The notes under the pieces are model-generated. The model was not told the origin of the DNA. It saw only the letters and a list, made by a program, of their open reading frames with translations, and did no database searches. Positions 28,774-38,273 of a stretch of DNA of 64,000 nucleotides are shown here, one piece after another; position 1 is the first letter of the stretch, and each line of letters opens with the position of its first letter. The translations under genes were made by a program, and so were the position numbers. The DNA comes from an uncultured Beijerinckia sp. (GTDB taxonomy: Bacteria > Pseudomonadota > Alphaproteobacteria > Rhizobiales > Beijerinckiaceae): contig CAZTMN010000006.1 of NCBI GenBank assembly GCA_964615275.1, positions 868 through 64,867 of the forward strand, given 5' to 3'.

Positions 28774-29538
28774 ATGCCGTACCGTGATTATATTGCAAAC
28801 CCGCCTATGGTGTCCGGGAAAAGCCTTAAATCGCCTACCGAGGGGATAGAATTTTTGAATCGAGACACGGTTTACAAGGAAATAATGAACCCATTGTGGC
28901 AAGCCCCGGGGGACAGACCCTTTGTTATTGCCCAGATCGGTCAATCGCTGGACGGCCGCATTGCGACGGCAGGGGGTGACGCAAAAAATGTCGGAGGCCG
29001 CAGCGGACTGGATCAGTTGCACCGATTGCGCGCAAACGTCGATGTCGTCGTTGTCGGAGCTGCAACCGTGCTGGCGGACGATCCGCAACTTACCGTGCGC
29101 CGTGTGTGCGGCTCCAATCCTGCCAGGGCGATCATCGACCCGCACCGCCGTGTGCCCGCGGGCCTGCGATGGCAGGCGGAGAACGGCGTGCGCCGGATTT
29201 TGATTACCAGTAGCGAGCAGCCGGGTTGCACTGAATCCGCAATACATCTGCCTTGCGGCGAAGACGGTATAGCGCCCCGGGAAATTGTGAAAAAGCTGTT
29301 TGCCCTGGGACTGAAAAAGATCTTGATCGAGGGCGGTCCGGCAACCATTCGCCGGTTCCTGCTGGCACGATGCCTGGATCGTCTGCATGTTTGCGTATCC
29401 CCGATGATCATAGGCCCGGGCAAGCACGGCATCGATGTCGATCCGGTACACAGTCTCGACCAGGCATTGCGGCCCGCAACCAGGACATTTCTGCTGGATG
29501 ACGGCGAGGTTCTGTTCGATTGCGACATGCGCGCGTGA
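28774..29538 (+). CDS. RibD C-terminal (pyrimidine reductase) family protein without a deaminase domain
   Basis: QSLDGRIAT, HRLRA, VGAATVLADDPQLTVR and ILIEGG. The start is uncertain. Confidence 0.88.
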   Translation: MPYRDYIANPPMVSGKSLKSPTEGIEFLNRDTVYKEIMNPLWQAPGDRPFVIAQIGQSLDGRIATAGGDAKNVGGRSGLDQLHRLRANVDVVVVGAATVLADDPQLTVRRVCGSNPARAIIDPHRRVPAGLRWQAENGVRRILITSSEQPGCTESAIHLPCGEDGIAPREIVKKLFALGLKKILIEGGPATIRRFLLARCLDRLHVCVSPMIIGPGKHGIDVDPVHSLDQALRPATRTFLLDDGEVLFDCDMRA

Positions 29539-29664
29539 CCGGATTGCCGCTCAACCCGTTGATTGTTATTCAAGCCGGCGGCAGCATGTCGAAATACTTC
29601 GACTTGTGTGCAGGCTCCTGTACTATGTCGTCCTGATCACTCTTGTCCTTCAGGTACATTGTCT

Positions 29665-30222
29665 ATGACTTCAAAGACCGCGCCCGAGCACTATTCAGCA
29701 GCGGCGAAATGGCTTCACTGGCTGACGGCGCTCTGCATATTTGTCATTATTCCAATGGGTATCGTGATGCACGAAATGAAGCCCGGCGCGTTGCAGAACC
29801 AGCTCTACGATTTGCATCGTTCATTGGGATTTGTCGTGCTGGTTCTTGTAGTGTTGCGCCTTGTCGTGCGGGCGGTTCTGGGCGCTCCGCCACCTTATGT
29901 TGGCTTGACCGCATTTGAACGTATCGCTTCGGTCGCCGTGCATCACTTGCTGTACTTGTTGTTGGTTGCAATGCCCATCGTCGGCTGGCTGATGACCAAT
30001 GCATACAGCGCTACGCTGGATGTGTCGGTTTTTGGACTGTTCAAACTTCCGCACTTGATCGGTGAAGACAAGACGCTGTTTGCAACATTGCAGGTGCTGC
30101 ACAAAGCCGGCGGTATTGCGATGGCGGTTTTGGTGCTGTTTCATATTGCCGGCGCGCTGATGCACACGTTTGTCAGGCGCGATACGGTGTTGTGGCGCAT
30201 GCTGCCCCACAAATGGGGTTGA
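29665..30222 (+). CDS. Cytochrome b561 (YceJ/CybB-like)
   Basis: Four TM helices with heme His in WLHW, LHRSLG, LHKAG and FHIAGALMH. Confidence 0.9.
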   Translation: MTSKTAPEHYSAAAKWLHWLTALCIFVIIPMGIVMHEMKPGALQNQLYDLHRSLGFVVLVLVVLRLVVRAVLGAPPPYVGLTAFERIASVAVHHLLYLLLVAMPIVGWLMTNAYSATLDVSVFGLFKLPHLIGEDKTLFATLQVLHKAGGIAMAVLVLFHIAGALMHTFVRRDTVLWRMLPHKWG

Positions 30223-30246
30223 TCTTCTGGGATCGATCTTCGCCTG

Positions 30247-31101
30247 TTACTTGCCGGCACGTCGAATGGGGACGCCAAAGATGTCCGCGTGGCCGACGAC
30301 ACAGGATGCAGCGTCGCGACGGGCGCTTTGCCAGCTGGCGATTTGCGCAGGCCGAACCATACCGGTTTGCGCTACGGCCTGAGCGCTGCCTTGCGCCAGC
30401 GCGTCAATGAGTTCTTTGTGCCGGACATCGAGCCGCCAGGGGCTCGGCGACTGCCGGACAGAATATCCGCTTTCTTCAAGCGCCTTCGCCAGTTGCGCTG
30501 CCGCTTGTGGCCCGGCCGCCGGCCCAAATCCCTTGTCGCGACGCTGGTCGTGGTGAAACGCGCGCAGCATGTCTGGGTCCGCCGGGTGAGGAGGTTGCCA
30601 GACTTCGCTTCCGTCATAGGTTAGCAGCGCATACAGCGGGGCCGACAATTCCGCCAGCGTCCGGCAGAAGTTCTTGATCCAGGCCTCCGAGGTCAGGTCG
30701 AAAAATGCGCTCGCCGTCACCAATTGCGCGCCGTCAACATGTCGTTGCGGCAATCGGGCGCCGATATCGGCTTCCTTAAATTCGACCTTGATCTGCTGTT
30801 CGCCGCGAACGAGGTGGAGATGGTCTCCGGAATCGTATCCGCGGTCGGCCCAGCGGCTTAATCTCCGGCGGGCGTGATCGAGCAGGAGTCGATCGTTGTC
30901 TACCAGTCGCCATGTCTGGTTTGCAGGCAGCACCGGCGAAATCGCCCGCAGGCTGGAGCCGGATCCCGAACCCAGGTCGGTGACGGTAATGTCCGCCTGC
31001 CCGGCGAAATGGGCCGCAACCTGCTTGAGTAATTCGGGGTTGATGGCTGCGTGATCTACAGGTTCCCGCAAAGATAACCAGTGTTCAGAAAATCCGCTCA
31101 T
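30247..31101 (-). CDS. Class I SAM-dependent methyltransferase
   Basis: WLSLREPVDHAA, TDLGSGSGS and VTASAFFDL. ATGA-coupled to the GT gene. Confidence 0.85.
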   Translation of the reverse strand: MSGFSEHWLSLREPVDHAAINPELLKQVAAHFAGQADITVTDLGSGSGSSLRAISPVLPANQTWRLVDNDRLLLDHARRRLSRWADRGYDSGDHLHLVRGEQQIKVEFKEADIGARLPQRHVDGAQLVTASAFFDLTSEAWIKNFCRTLAELSAPLYALLTYDGSEVWQPPHPADPDMLRAFHHDQRRDKGFGPAAGPQAAAQLAKALEESGYSVRQSPSPWRLDVRHKELIDALAQGSAQAVAQTGMVRPAQIASWQSARRDAASCVVGHADIFGVPIRRAGK

Positions 31102-32177
31102 CGGGAAAGCTCCTGCGCCACGTCGTCGACCGGTTGCAGAAAGCGCATTGCCGTATCGCTCCAGCGCGGCAGGGATTGTCCTGCCTGCCAGGACGCGTCC
31201 GCCAGGCTGGCGCGCAAACCCTTGTTTGTCAGCAGCGTTTCCAGGGCCCGCCTGAGCGAAGGCACATCGTCTGGCGGAACCTTGAGTGCCGCGCTATCGG
31301 GGACCGTGTGCGCCGCCGCGCCACCGGTCGCGGTTATGACGGGCAGGCCACAGGCCATTGCTTCGGCGAGAACCATTCCATAGCCTTCATAGCGCGAAGA
31401 CAAGACGAAAGCGTCCGAGCGATGATACAGGCGCGCCAGATCGTCCGCCGTGGTTTCACCGCAAAACTCCACCTGGCCATCGAGCTGGAGTTCAGCGGTT
31501 AGCCGGATAATGCTTTCGGCATAGACGGGAGCACGATCGGTGGCCCCGGCAATTCGCAGGCGCCAGGGAAGTCCTTTCAGTGGCTCGAGCGCCTGCAACA
31601 ACAAATCATGGCCTTTACGCGGGACGACTGAACCCACAGATAGAAAATCGGTTGTCTCGTCATGACTTCCGGCTGCGCGGGGCATCGGATCGGTGCCGGG
31701 TTCCGCAACAACAATCCTGTCTGCCGGAACAGCAAACTCCCGCGCGAGGAAGTCCGCGGTGGTTTTACTGGGCACGATGAACCGCCGCGCCAGCGCAAGA
31801 TTGGCCCGTTCGTTGTCCTGGAACCAGGCGGCCTTCTCGCCGGGCAGTCCCGCTTCGAGGGCCAACGGGTGGTGACACAGCGCGATCAGCCCTTTGCGCA
31901 GCCGGCGGGCTGCATCATGGGGGATCGCACCAAACGCAAGGCCGTCGACAACGACGGGCGCCGCCGGATCGCAACCATTGATTTGATCGATGGTTTGCCT
32001 GACATCGTCGTGTGATGGAAACGGATACGAGGCCGCCAGGGCGCAATGGTTCACGGCGACGCCAGCGGTGCGCAACTCACCCATGACCCGGCGATCATAT
32101 GTGTAGCCGCCGGTGAGTGTGGCCAGGTCGCCGGGCACAGCAAAGGTGAGGGCCCGCTTGGCGGAATGCCGGTTCAT
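31098..32177 (-). CDS. Glycosyltransferase family 4
   Basis: LTGGYTYDRR, VGSVVPRKG and the EX7E motif in SRYEGYGMVLAEAMACGLPV. Confidence 0.92.
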   Translation of the reverse strand: MNRHSAKRALTFAVPGDLATLTGGYTYDRRVMGELRTAGVAVNHCALAASYPFPSHDDVRQTIDQINGCDPAAPVVVDGLAFGAIPHDAARRLRKGLIALCHHPLALEAGLPGEKAAWFQDNERANLALARRFIVPSKTTADFLAREFAVPADRIVVAEPGTDPMPRAAGSHDETTDFLSVGSVVPRKGHDLLLQALEPLKGLPWRLRIAGATDRAPVYAESIIRLTAELQLDGQVEFCGETTADDLARLYHRSDAFVLSSRYEGYGMVLAEAMACGLPVITATGGAAAHTVPDSAALKVPPDDVPSLRRALETLLTNKGLRASLADASWQAGQSLPRWSDTAMRFLQPVDDVAQELSR

Positions 32178-32182
32178 CGCTT

Positions 32183-32584
32183 TCAGTTGACCGCAGCTTC
32201 GAACCAGGCACGGGCGACGTGCGATTCATGCAGCGTTACACGAATTTTCGCGATGCCTTCACCGCCCGGCCCGAGTGCACCGGAGCTTGCGGCCCGGGCC
32301 ATTGCGTCGAAGACGTGCTTGCACAGGAATTCGGTCGTCGTTTGCTGTCCGGCGAACGCGGGAACCTCGTCGAGATTGCGGTAATTCAGCGGTTCCAGAA
32401 CTTGCTTGAGGGCGTCGTGGGCGCGTCCGATGTCGATGACCACGCCGTCCGCGGTCAATTCATCGCGGAAGAATGCGACGTCCGCAATAAAGGTTGCGCC
32501 ATGCAGGCGCTGGGCGGGGCCGAACAATTCTCCCTTGAAGGAATGCGCGATCATGATGTGATCGCGAACTTCTACCGCAAACAT
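32183..32584 (-). CDS. 6-pyruvoyl-tetrahydropterin synthase/QueD homolog, PTPS-IV type
   Basis: HIMIAHSF...FGPAQRLHGATF, TTEFL and VTLHES. It lacks the Cys-x3-HGH motif of QueD. ATG at 32584 follows GGAG. Confidence 0.88.
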   Translation of the reverse strand: MFAVEVRDHIMIAHSFKGELFGPAQRLHGATFIADVAFFRDELTADGVVIDIGRAHDALKQVLEPLNYRNLDEVPAFAGQQTTTEFLCKHVFDAMARAASSGALGPGGEGIAKIRVTLHESHVARAWFEAAVN

Positions 32585-32666
32585 CTTCAACTCCACAAAA
32601 TGGCGCTTTCGCACCGGCAATTGTGCCGGTCATGCCCCGCCTTATTTGGGACACCTGGATGGCACA

Positions 32667-33677
32667 TCAATACCGCACCACCGCCGCAAGTCCGGTTTCC
32701 GGCCCCAGGAGATAGTCGGGCAATACTTGCGGCAAATCTTCGAAACGGAATTCATCCGTGATCAATGCGTCAAGGCGATCATCGCACAGCAGGTCGAGCG
32801 CCTTTGCTAGGCGCCTGTTATGGGACCATCGCTGACGCCGGGATGGGGCGACACGTCCGACCTGCGAGGAAACGAGTTGCAGCCGCCGGCTGTGAAACTC
32901 TGCGCCCAGCGGGATCGGCACCTCCTCGTCGCCGTACCAGCTCACTTCGACAATGCGCGATTCCATGCCGGCCGTGCGCAGGGCGCTGGACAGTCCCGCC
33001 GGGGTAGCGCTGGCGTGAAAGACAACATCAGCGCCAATGCTATTGCCGCTCCGCGATCCCAGCTCTTCCGGCAGCAGGAATTGTGCGCCGAACGCCCGTG
33101 CCAGCGGAGCTCGGGATTGCTGCGGGTCTACAGCGGTCACGTAGGCGCCTGGCATCCCGGCACACAGGTAGCAGATCATCAGGCCAACGATCCCCGCACC
33201 GATCACAACAATGTTATCGCCGGGCGCCGCACCACTGTCCCAGACAGCGTTGAGCGCGGTCTCCATATTGGCGGCGAGCGGGGCCCGCCTTGGAGGTAGC
33301 GCTTCCGGAAATGGGCAAACCCTGTCGGCCGGCACCAGGAATCGATCCTGGTGCGGGTGCAACACGAATACATTGCGCCCGGTCAGTTCCGGTGGCCCTT
33401 CTTCGACGGATCCGGCGGTGCAATAGCCGTACTTCACCGGAAAAGGGAAATCCCCGCACTGGTATGGCGCGCGCATGCGCGCATATTCGGACCGCGGGAC
33501 CTTACCGGACATGACCAACCGCTCGGTCCCGCGGCTGATTGCACTCCACTGGGTTGCAACCAGCGCCATTGGCGTTGCGGAACCGGCTTCCGGGTAGCAC
33601 AACGTTTCGGCCCGCAGCTCCGCATGGGCCGGATTGTCGTACCAGAGCGCCCTGGCGCTCAATTTGTCACCACGCAT
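32667..33677 (-). CDS. MDR-family (zinc-binding alcohol dehydrogenase-like) oxidoreductase
   Basis: SAISRGTE, FPFPVKYGY, HPHQD, ANMETALNAVWD, IGAGIVG and SSQVG. The start may be 33725. Confidence 0.88.
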   Translation of the reverse strand: MRGDKLSARALWYDNPAHAELRAETLCYPEAGSATPMALVATQWSAISRGTERLVMSGKVPRSEYARMRAPYQCGDFPFPVKYGYCTAGSVEEGPPELTGRNVFVLHPHQDRFLVPADRVCPFPEALPPRRAPLAANMETALNAVWDSGAAPGDNIVVIGAGIVGLMICYLCAGMPGAYVTAVDPQQSRAPLARAFGAQFLLPEELGSRSGNSIGADVVFHASATPAGLSSALRTAGMESRIVEVSWYGDEEVPIPLGAEFHSRRLQLVSSQVGRVAPSRRQRWSHNRRLAKALDLLCDDRLDALITDEFRFEDLPQVLPDYLLGPETGLAAVVRY

Positions 33678-33860
33678 TTGTGAGGTCACAACCAGTTCAT
33701 TTCCCTTTAGACACATGATTGCCAAAGTTCACATGTCATTCACTTGGCTAGAGTTAGGCGAACCGGGCCGCATTGGCCAGCCCCTTGGTCAACCCCGTGT
33801 CCCGCCGCGGTGTATTCGTAAGGCAGGTTCAGAATACAAGTCGGATTTTTTGAGTAGACC

Positions 33861-35789
33861 ATGACGATCCACCAGCAGTTTGATGGCGCCGGTATTCCCG
33901 CGGCAGGCGATGTATCAAGGCCCCTCCGTTTGCGGCCACATTGGATCGGCAAAACGCCTGCCGGAATTCAGCGTCGCCATCTCCTGAAGCGCCGCCGTAC
34001 CGTTTTCGCTTTTCTGAACGTAGCCACCTGGTTTGCGCTGATCCTGTGGCTGGGCACCATATTGCGCGCCGGCGGATGGAGCGGCATCGACATCGCGATC
34101 ATGTCGTGTTTCGCCCTTGCGGCGCCCTGGGGCGTCCTGGGAATCTGGAATGCGCTGACTGGCTTGTGGCTGCTATACCGGCGCCAGGACGGCAGGCGGA
34201 ACTGGCTCGCGCAAGTCGCACCCTATGCCGCGGCCGGCAAGGCGGATGCACCCATTCGCTCCCGCACCGCGATTGTCATGACAATCTGCAACGAAGCCCC
34301 GGAAAGGGCCATCGCCCGGCTTGCGGCAGTGCGCGACAGCCTTGAGCGCACATCGGCTCCAGAGGCGTACGACTACTTCATTCTCAGCGACACCAATGAT
34401 GACGCGATCGCTGCCGTTGAAGCGCGGGAATTTGCGCGTTGGCAGGAGCAGGCGGGTCTGGTTCAAAGCGCCGCCGCCGGCGCGCAACCAAGACTTGTCT
34501 ACCGCCGCCGGGACCGAAATTCCGGCTTCAAGGCTGGCAATATCCGCGATTTCTGCGAGCGTTGGGGATCGCGATACGATTTTTTCTTGCCACTCGATGC
34601 AGACAGCCTGATGTCCGGAGAAACCATCGAGCGCATGGTCCGCATTTGCCAGGCGTGGCCGCGCATCGGCATCCTGCAAAGTCTGGTAGTTGGCGCGCCC
34701 AGCAATTCGCTGTTTGCGCGCATTTTCCAGTTTGGAATGCGGCAGGGTATGCGCCCCTACGCGATTGGCAGCGCCTGGTGGAATGGCGATTGCGGTCAAT
34801 ATTGGGGCCACAACGCATTGGTCCGCACAGAGCCGTTCCTCGAACATTGCGAACTGCCGGAGCTACCTGAAGGGGCGCTGTTCGGGGAACGAATTTTGTC
34901 GCACGATCAGGTCGAGGCCGTGCTGATGCGCAAGGCCGGCTACGAAGTGCGGGTGTTGCCAATTGAGACCGGCAGCTGGGAGGACAATCCGCCTGACCTG
35001 CTGGAATTCATGCAGCGGGACACGCGCTGGTGCCAGGGCAACCTGCAATATGTGCACCTGCTAGGCATGAAGAACATCGAGCCGACGAGCCGCTTTCAAT
35101 TGATCTGGGCAGTCATGATGTTCCTGAACCTGCCGGCCTGGACGTCGATCATCGCGCTGATAGCACTAAAGCCCCTTGATGGAGAGCCCTTGACCGGGGT
35201 CACGGCAATATCGGCGATCGGCTTTTACGTGTTTTTCTTGCTGATGTTCCTGGCGCCCAAGCTCGCCGGTTATGCGGACATTGCCCTGACACGGGGTGAA
35301 CTGGCCCGGTATGGCGGGGGGCTGCGCTTTGCCGTGAGTGCCACCTTTGAAATCGTCTTCTCCTTCCTCCTGGCTGCGGTCGTCAGTTTCCGCACCAGTA
35401 TCTTCATGGCTGGCCTGTTGTTCGGCAAACAAATTCGCTGGGGCGGCCAGCATCGCGATGCGCGCTCTATGCGCTTCGCTACGGCGGCTTCGGCCTTGTG
35501 GCCGCATTTGCTCTTTGGTCTGGCGATCTATGCAATTGCAATGCAAACAGCGCCACAATTGATCCTGTGGTCCTTGCCGCTTACCTTGGGTTATGTGCTT
35601 GCGATACCGTTTGCAATCGCTGGAGCATCGCCTCGCCTCGGCGCGCTGGCGGCGCGGCGGCGCATTTGCGCAATACCGGAGGATTTCAATTTGCCGCCAG
35701 TGCTTGCGCAGATGGCGCGTGCAGACGGGTTATCCGGCGATGCCAGCGAAAACAACGGGAAGCGGACGCCTGCGATTGCAACATCCTGA
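33861..35789 (+). CDS. mdoH: Glucans biosynthesis glucosyltransferase H
   Basis: FILSDT, YRRRDRNSGFKAGNI, LDADS, YWGHNA, LSHDQVEA, GSWEDNPP and RWCQGNLQ. Confidence 0.93.
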   Translation: MTIHQQFDGAGIPAAGDVSRPLRLRPHWIGKTPAGIQRRHLLKRRRTVFAFLNVATWFALILWLGTILRAGGWSGIDIAIMSCFALAAPWGVLGIWNALTGLWLLYRRQDGRRNWLAQVAPYAAAGKADAPIRSRTAIVMTICNEAPERAIARLAAVRDSLERTSAPEAYDYFILSDTNDDAIAAVEAREFARWQEQAGLVQSAAAGAQPRLVYRRRDRNSGFKAGNIRDFCERWGSRYDFFLPLDADSLMSGETIERMVRICQAWPRIGILQSLVVGAPSNSLFARIFQFGMRQGMRPYAIGSAWWNGDCGQYWGHNALVRTEPFLEHCELPELPEGALFGERILSHDQVEAVLMRKAGYEVRVLPIETGSWEDNPPDLLEFMQRDTRWCQGNLQYVHLLGMKNIEPTSRFQLIWAVMMFLNLPAWTSIIALIALKPLDGEPLTGVTAISAIGFYVFFLLMFLAPKLAGYADIALTRGELARYGGGLRFAVSATFEIVFSFLLAAVVSFRTSIFMAGLLFGKQIRWGGQHRDARSMRFATAASALWPHLLFGLAIYAIAMQTAPQLILWSLPLTLGYVLAIPFAIAGASPRLGALAARRRICAIPEDFNLPPVLAQMARADGLSGDASENNGKRTPAIATS

Positions 35790-35829
35790 TACATTGCACG
35801 TTGCGGCAGGCAACACGTCGGCAGGAAAC

Positions 35830-36873
35830 ATGTCGATTGTCCGGATCGGGCCGATGTCTAGCGCTCGCCGTCCCCGGGCCCGCTGCACTGTTCTGCGATG
35901 TGCGGTGGCTCTGGCCCTTGCTGTTTCGCTTGCTGGTCCCGCTGCTGCCCAGGGCGGGCAAGAAAACCGCCCTGCCGGAATGGCCGGCAAACCGATAGAC
36001 GTGATCGCAATCAACAAGAGCAAGCCGGTATTATGCGCCGAGCATGATAACGTGCACATCGATTTTGTCTCGCCCGATGTCAGGCAATTCCAAATCCAGG
36101 CGCGGCACCCCACCTACATTGCGTCGATCCGCAACGAACGGGCCGAGTTTGATCTGGCGAATTGCAGCTTCCACAAGGACCCGGTTGTACCTGCGAAACC
36201 GCGCAAGAAGACGTTCTGGGAATCGCGGAAATTTTGGCTGACCGGATACACGTTTGGCGGATTCTGGCGCGCCAATAATGTGCCTGTGCGCGTCGGCCGC
36301 CATGTCGGACGCGGTTTTCACATGGTACAATTGTGGATGCTGCACCGGGAACGGGCCGAAGAGGTCATGGTTTTCTATCCGCCTGACGGCTACTGGCGCG
36401 CCCGGCCGCTTCCGTTTGCGGACATGCGCTGGACGGCCTACGGCTCATCTTTCCTGGTTGGACCGGTAGAATTTGAAAAGCGGCCGTTGGTGCGGTTGAA
36501 GGAAATCGAATTCGATCCCGCAGCGAACCGCTTTACGCTACATTTCATGGCTGGCGGCTCGGCCACCATCACGCTGAAATCGATTGATCAGAAGCAGATT
36601 ACCTTGGATGTCGCCTTTCCGCGGGCAATGCCTCGCGGGCTACCGTTTGCTTCGCTTCGTTCCATGTACGTTACCGAGACAAATTCGGACGTGGCCCGCC
36701 TGGCCTGGCGGTCAATGCGCTCAAAGCGATGGCTTGAATCTCCGGTCATGGAATTCAAGAAAGCCGCGACAAGTCATTTTTGGGCTGGCCGGCGGGTTAT
36801 GTCGCGGCACAACCAGAGCGCCCCCGATTTTGTTTTCCGCTCGTTTGCTGGTCCGCTCGTGCCGGCGCGATAA
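35830..36873 (+). CDS. Exported hypothetical protein
   Basis: RBS AGGA before the ATG at 35830, signal peptide ending AGPAAA-QG, and a long Trp/Phe-rich open frame with no family I recognise. Confidence 0.7.
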   Translation: MSIVRIGPMSSARRPRARCTVLRCAVALALAVSLAGPAAAQGGQENRPAGMAGKPIDVIAINKSKPVLCAEHDNVHIDFVSPDVRQFQIQARHPTYIASIRNERAEFDLANCSFHKDPVVPAKPRKKTFWESRKFWLTGYTFGGFWRANNVPVRVGRHVGRGFHMVQLWMLHRERAEEVMVFYPPDGYWRARPLPFADMRWTAYGSSFLVGPVEFEKRPLVRLKEIEFDPAANRFTLHFMAGGSATITLKSIDQKQITLDVAFPRAMPRGLPFASLRSMYVTETNSDVARLAWRSMRSKRWLESPVMEFKKAATSHFWAGRRVMSRHNQSAPDFVFRSFAGPLVPAR

Positions 36874-37168
36874 TGCCTTCACCAGAAAAAGCGTTGTTCC
36901 CGTTACTAACCTTTCGATTTTCAGTTGCAACAGATCACGCCCACAGATTGTGCCCGGGCTGGCCATAGTAACGCCGCAATATAGTTATGATATGCGCCTA
37001 ACCATACCTTGACGGCAATAGCCATTGAAGAACCGTCGGATCGAAAGATCTCGCAGAATGCGGATGCTTGCCGGGTTTGCATCGGTGGCCAGTGCTTCGC
37101 TGGAAATGTGATCGCTGCGGATCAGGTGCGCGGTTTGTAGACAAATGCGGCAACAGGAAGATGTTCAG

Positions 37169-37465
37169 ATGAGCGACAACCCATCCAATGATCAACCACG
37201 CAAATCCACACGCGGTTTTGCCTCGATGGATCCGGAGAAGCAGCGCGCGATAGCTCGAAAGGGCGGTACCAGCGTGCCGAAGGAAAAACGCAGTTTTTCC
37301 AGAAATCACGAGCTGGCCGCTGCAGCCGGCCGCAAGGGCGGTTTGAGCGTGCGGCCATCCATGCGCAGTTTTTCCCGGGACCACGAGCTTGCCAGCGCTG
37401 CGGGCCGCAAAGGTGGGCAGGCTTCCCACAAGTCTCCCAAACGGCAGAAAAATCAGCCTTCCTAG
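37169..37465 (+). CDS. KGG-repeat general stress protein (YciG/GsiB/Con-10-like)
   Basis: RGFASMDPEKQRAIARKGG followed by two RSFSRxHELAxAAGRKGG repeats. Confidence 0.9.
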   Translation: MSDNPSNDQPRKSTRGFASMDPEKQRAIARKGGTSVPKEKRSFSRNHELAAAAGRKGGLSVRPSMRSFSRDHELASAAGRKGGQASHKSPKRQKNQPS

Positions 37466-37768
37466 CCTGCTTTCGTTTCGCAGAACCGTAGCCGGAATGC
37501 GATGAAATCGTGAATGGCTCCCACCGAATGGAGAGACGCACGCCGTGCGCCGGTTAGACCGGCAATCCGTGGATTGCAAAATCTTCCTTTATCTTTGCCA
37601 GGAAATCGCTACCTTTTGCTGCAGGCTCGATCATCCTCTCTTGCACCGTTGAACGTGCCTGGTTTTTGAATTGACGCGTTTCCGGGTGGAATTCCGGATT
37701 CGCCCTTTCTGGAAGCGCAATTGCCGGCCGGTAATAAAACTCCGCGGCCGTAGCATCGGGAGGCGAAA

Positions 37769-38137
37769 ATGCCTGGCATTCGTACTTGCCGCGCCGGGCG
37801 GCGTGGTGGATTTTCTCGGTTCCGGGTTTTGCTTCTGGGCGCGCTTTGTGCCGTGGCAAGCGCGCAGTCCGCCCGGGCGGACGCCATTGACGGTCAGTGG
37901 TGCAGTCCCAAGGGAAAGCACATGAAGATTGAGGGGCCAACCATCGTTACCCCGGGCGGCACGACAATGAAGGGTGACTACGGCCGTCATTCCTTCACTT
38001 ACGTGGTTCCCCCGAAGGAGCCGGGCGCTGGAACCAAGATCTACATGTCCCTGCTTGGCGAAGAAGATCTGGACGTTCATACCGGATCGCCGGTCGCCAA
38101 GCCCGTGCGTTGGAAGCGTTGTCAGCACATTAGCTAG
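37769..38137 (+). CDS. Small exported hypothetical protein with two Cys in the mature part
   Basis: RBS GGGAGG, signal peptide ending ARA-DAIDGQWC, and C-terminal WKRC. Confidence 0.7.
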   Translation: MPGIRTCRAGRRGGFSRFRVLLLGALCAVASAQSARADAIDGQWCSPKGKHMKIEGPTIVTPGGTTMKGDYGRHSFTYVVPPKEPGAGTKIYMSLLGEEDLDVHTGSPVAKPVRWKRCQHIS

Positions 38138-38273
38138 ATCGTGGTCGGCAATTGCGGGTGCTGTTTTTATCGATATACCCCGCGCTCGAAGAGCGCGGGC
38201 AAGGTGCTGCGGTTTGTCTGCAGATTAATCTCTCAAGGACAATGCACTACCGGAATGCCTGCCTCGAACAGCA

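Noticed and set aside
37169-37440. Repeated DNA in the KGG gene as a CRISPR-like or regulatory array
   Set aside because: The repeats are in-frame protein repeats that vary at synonymous positions and have no spacers.
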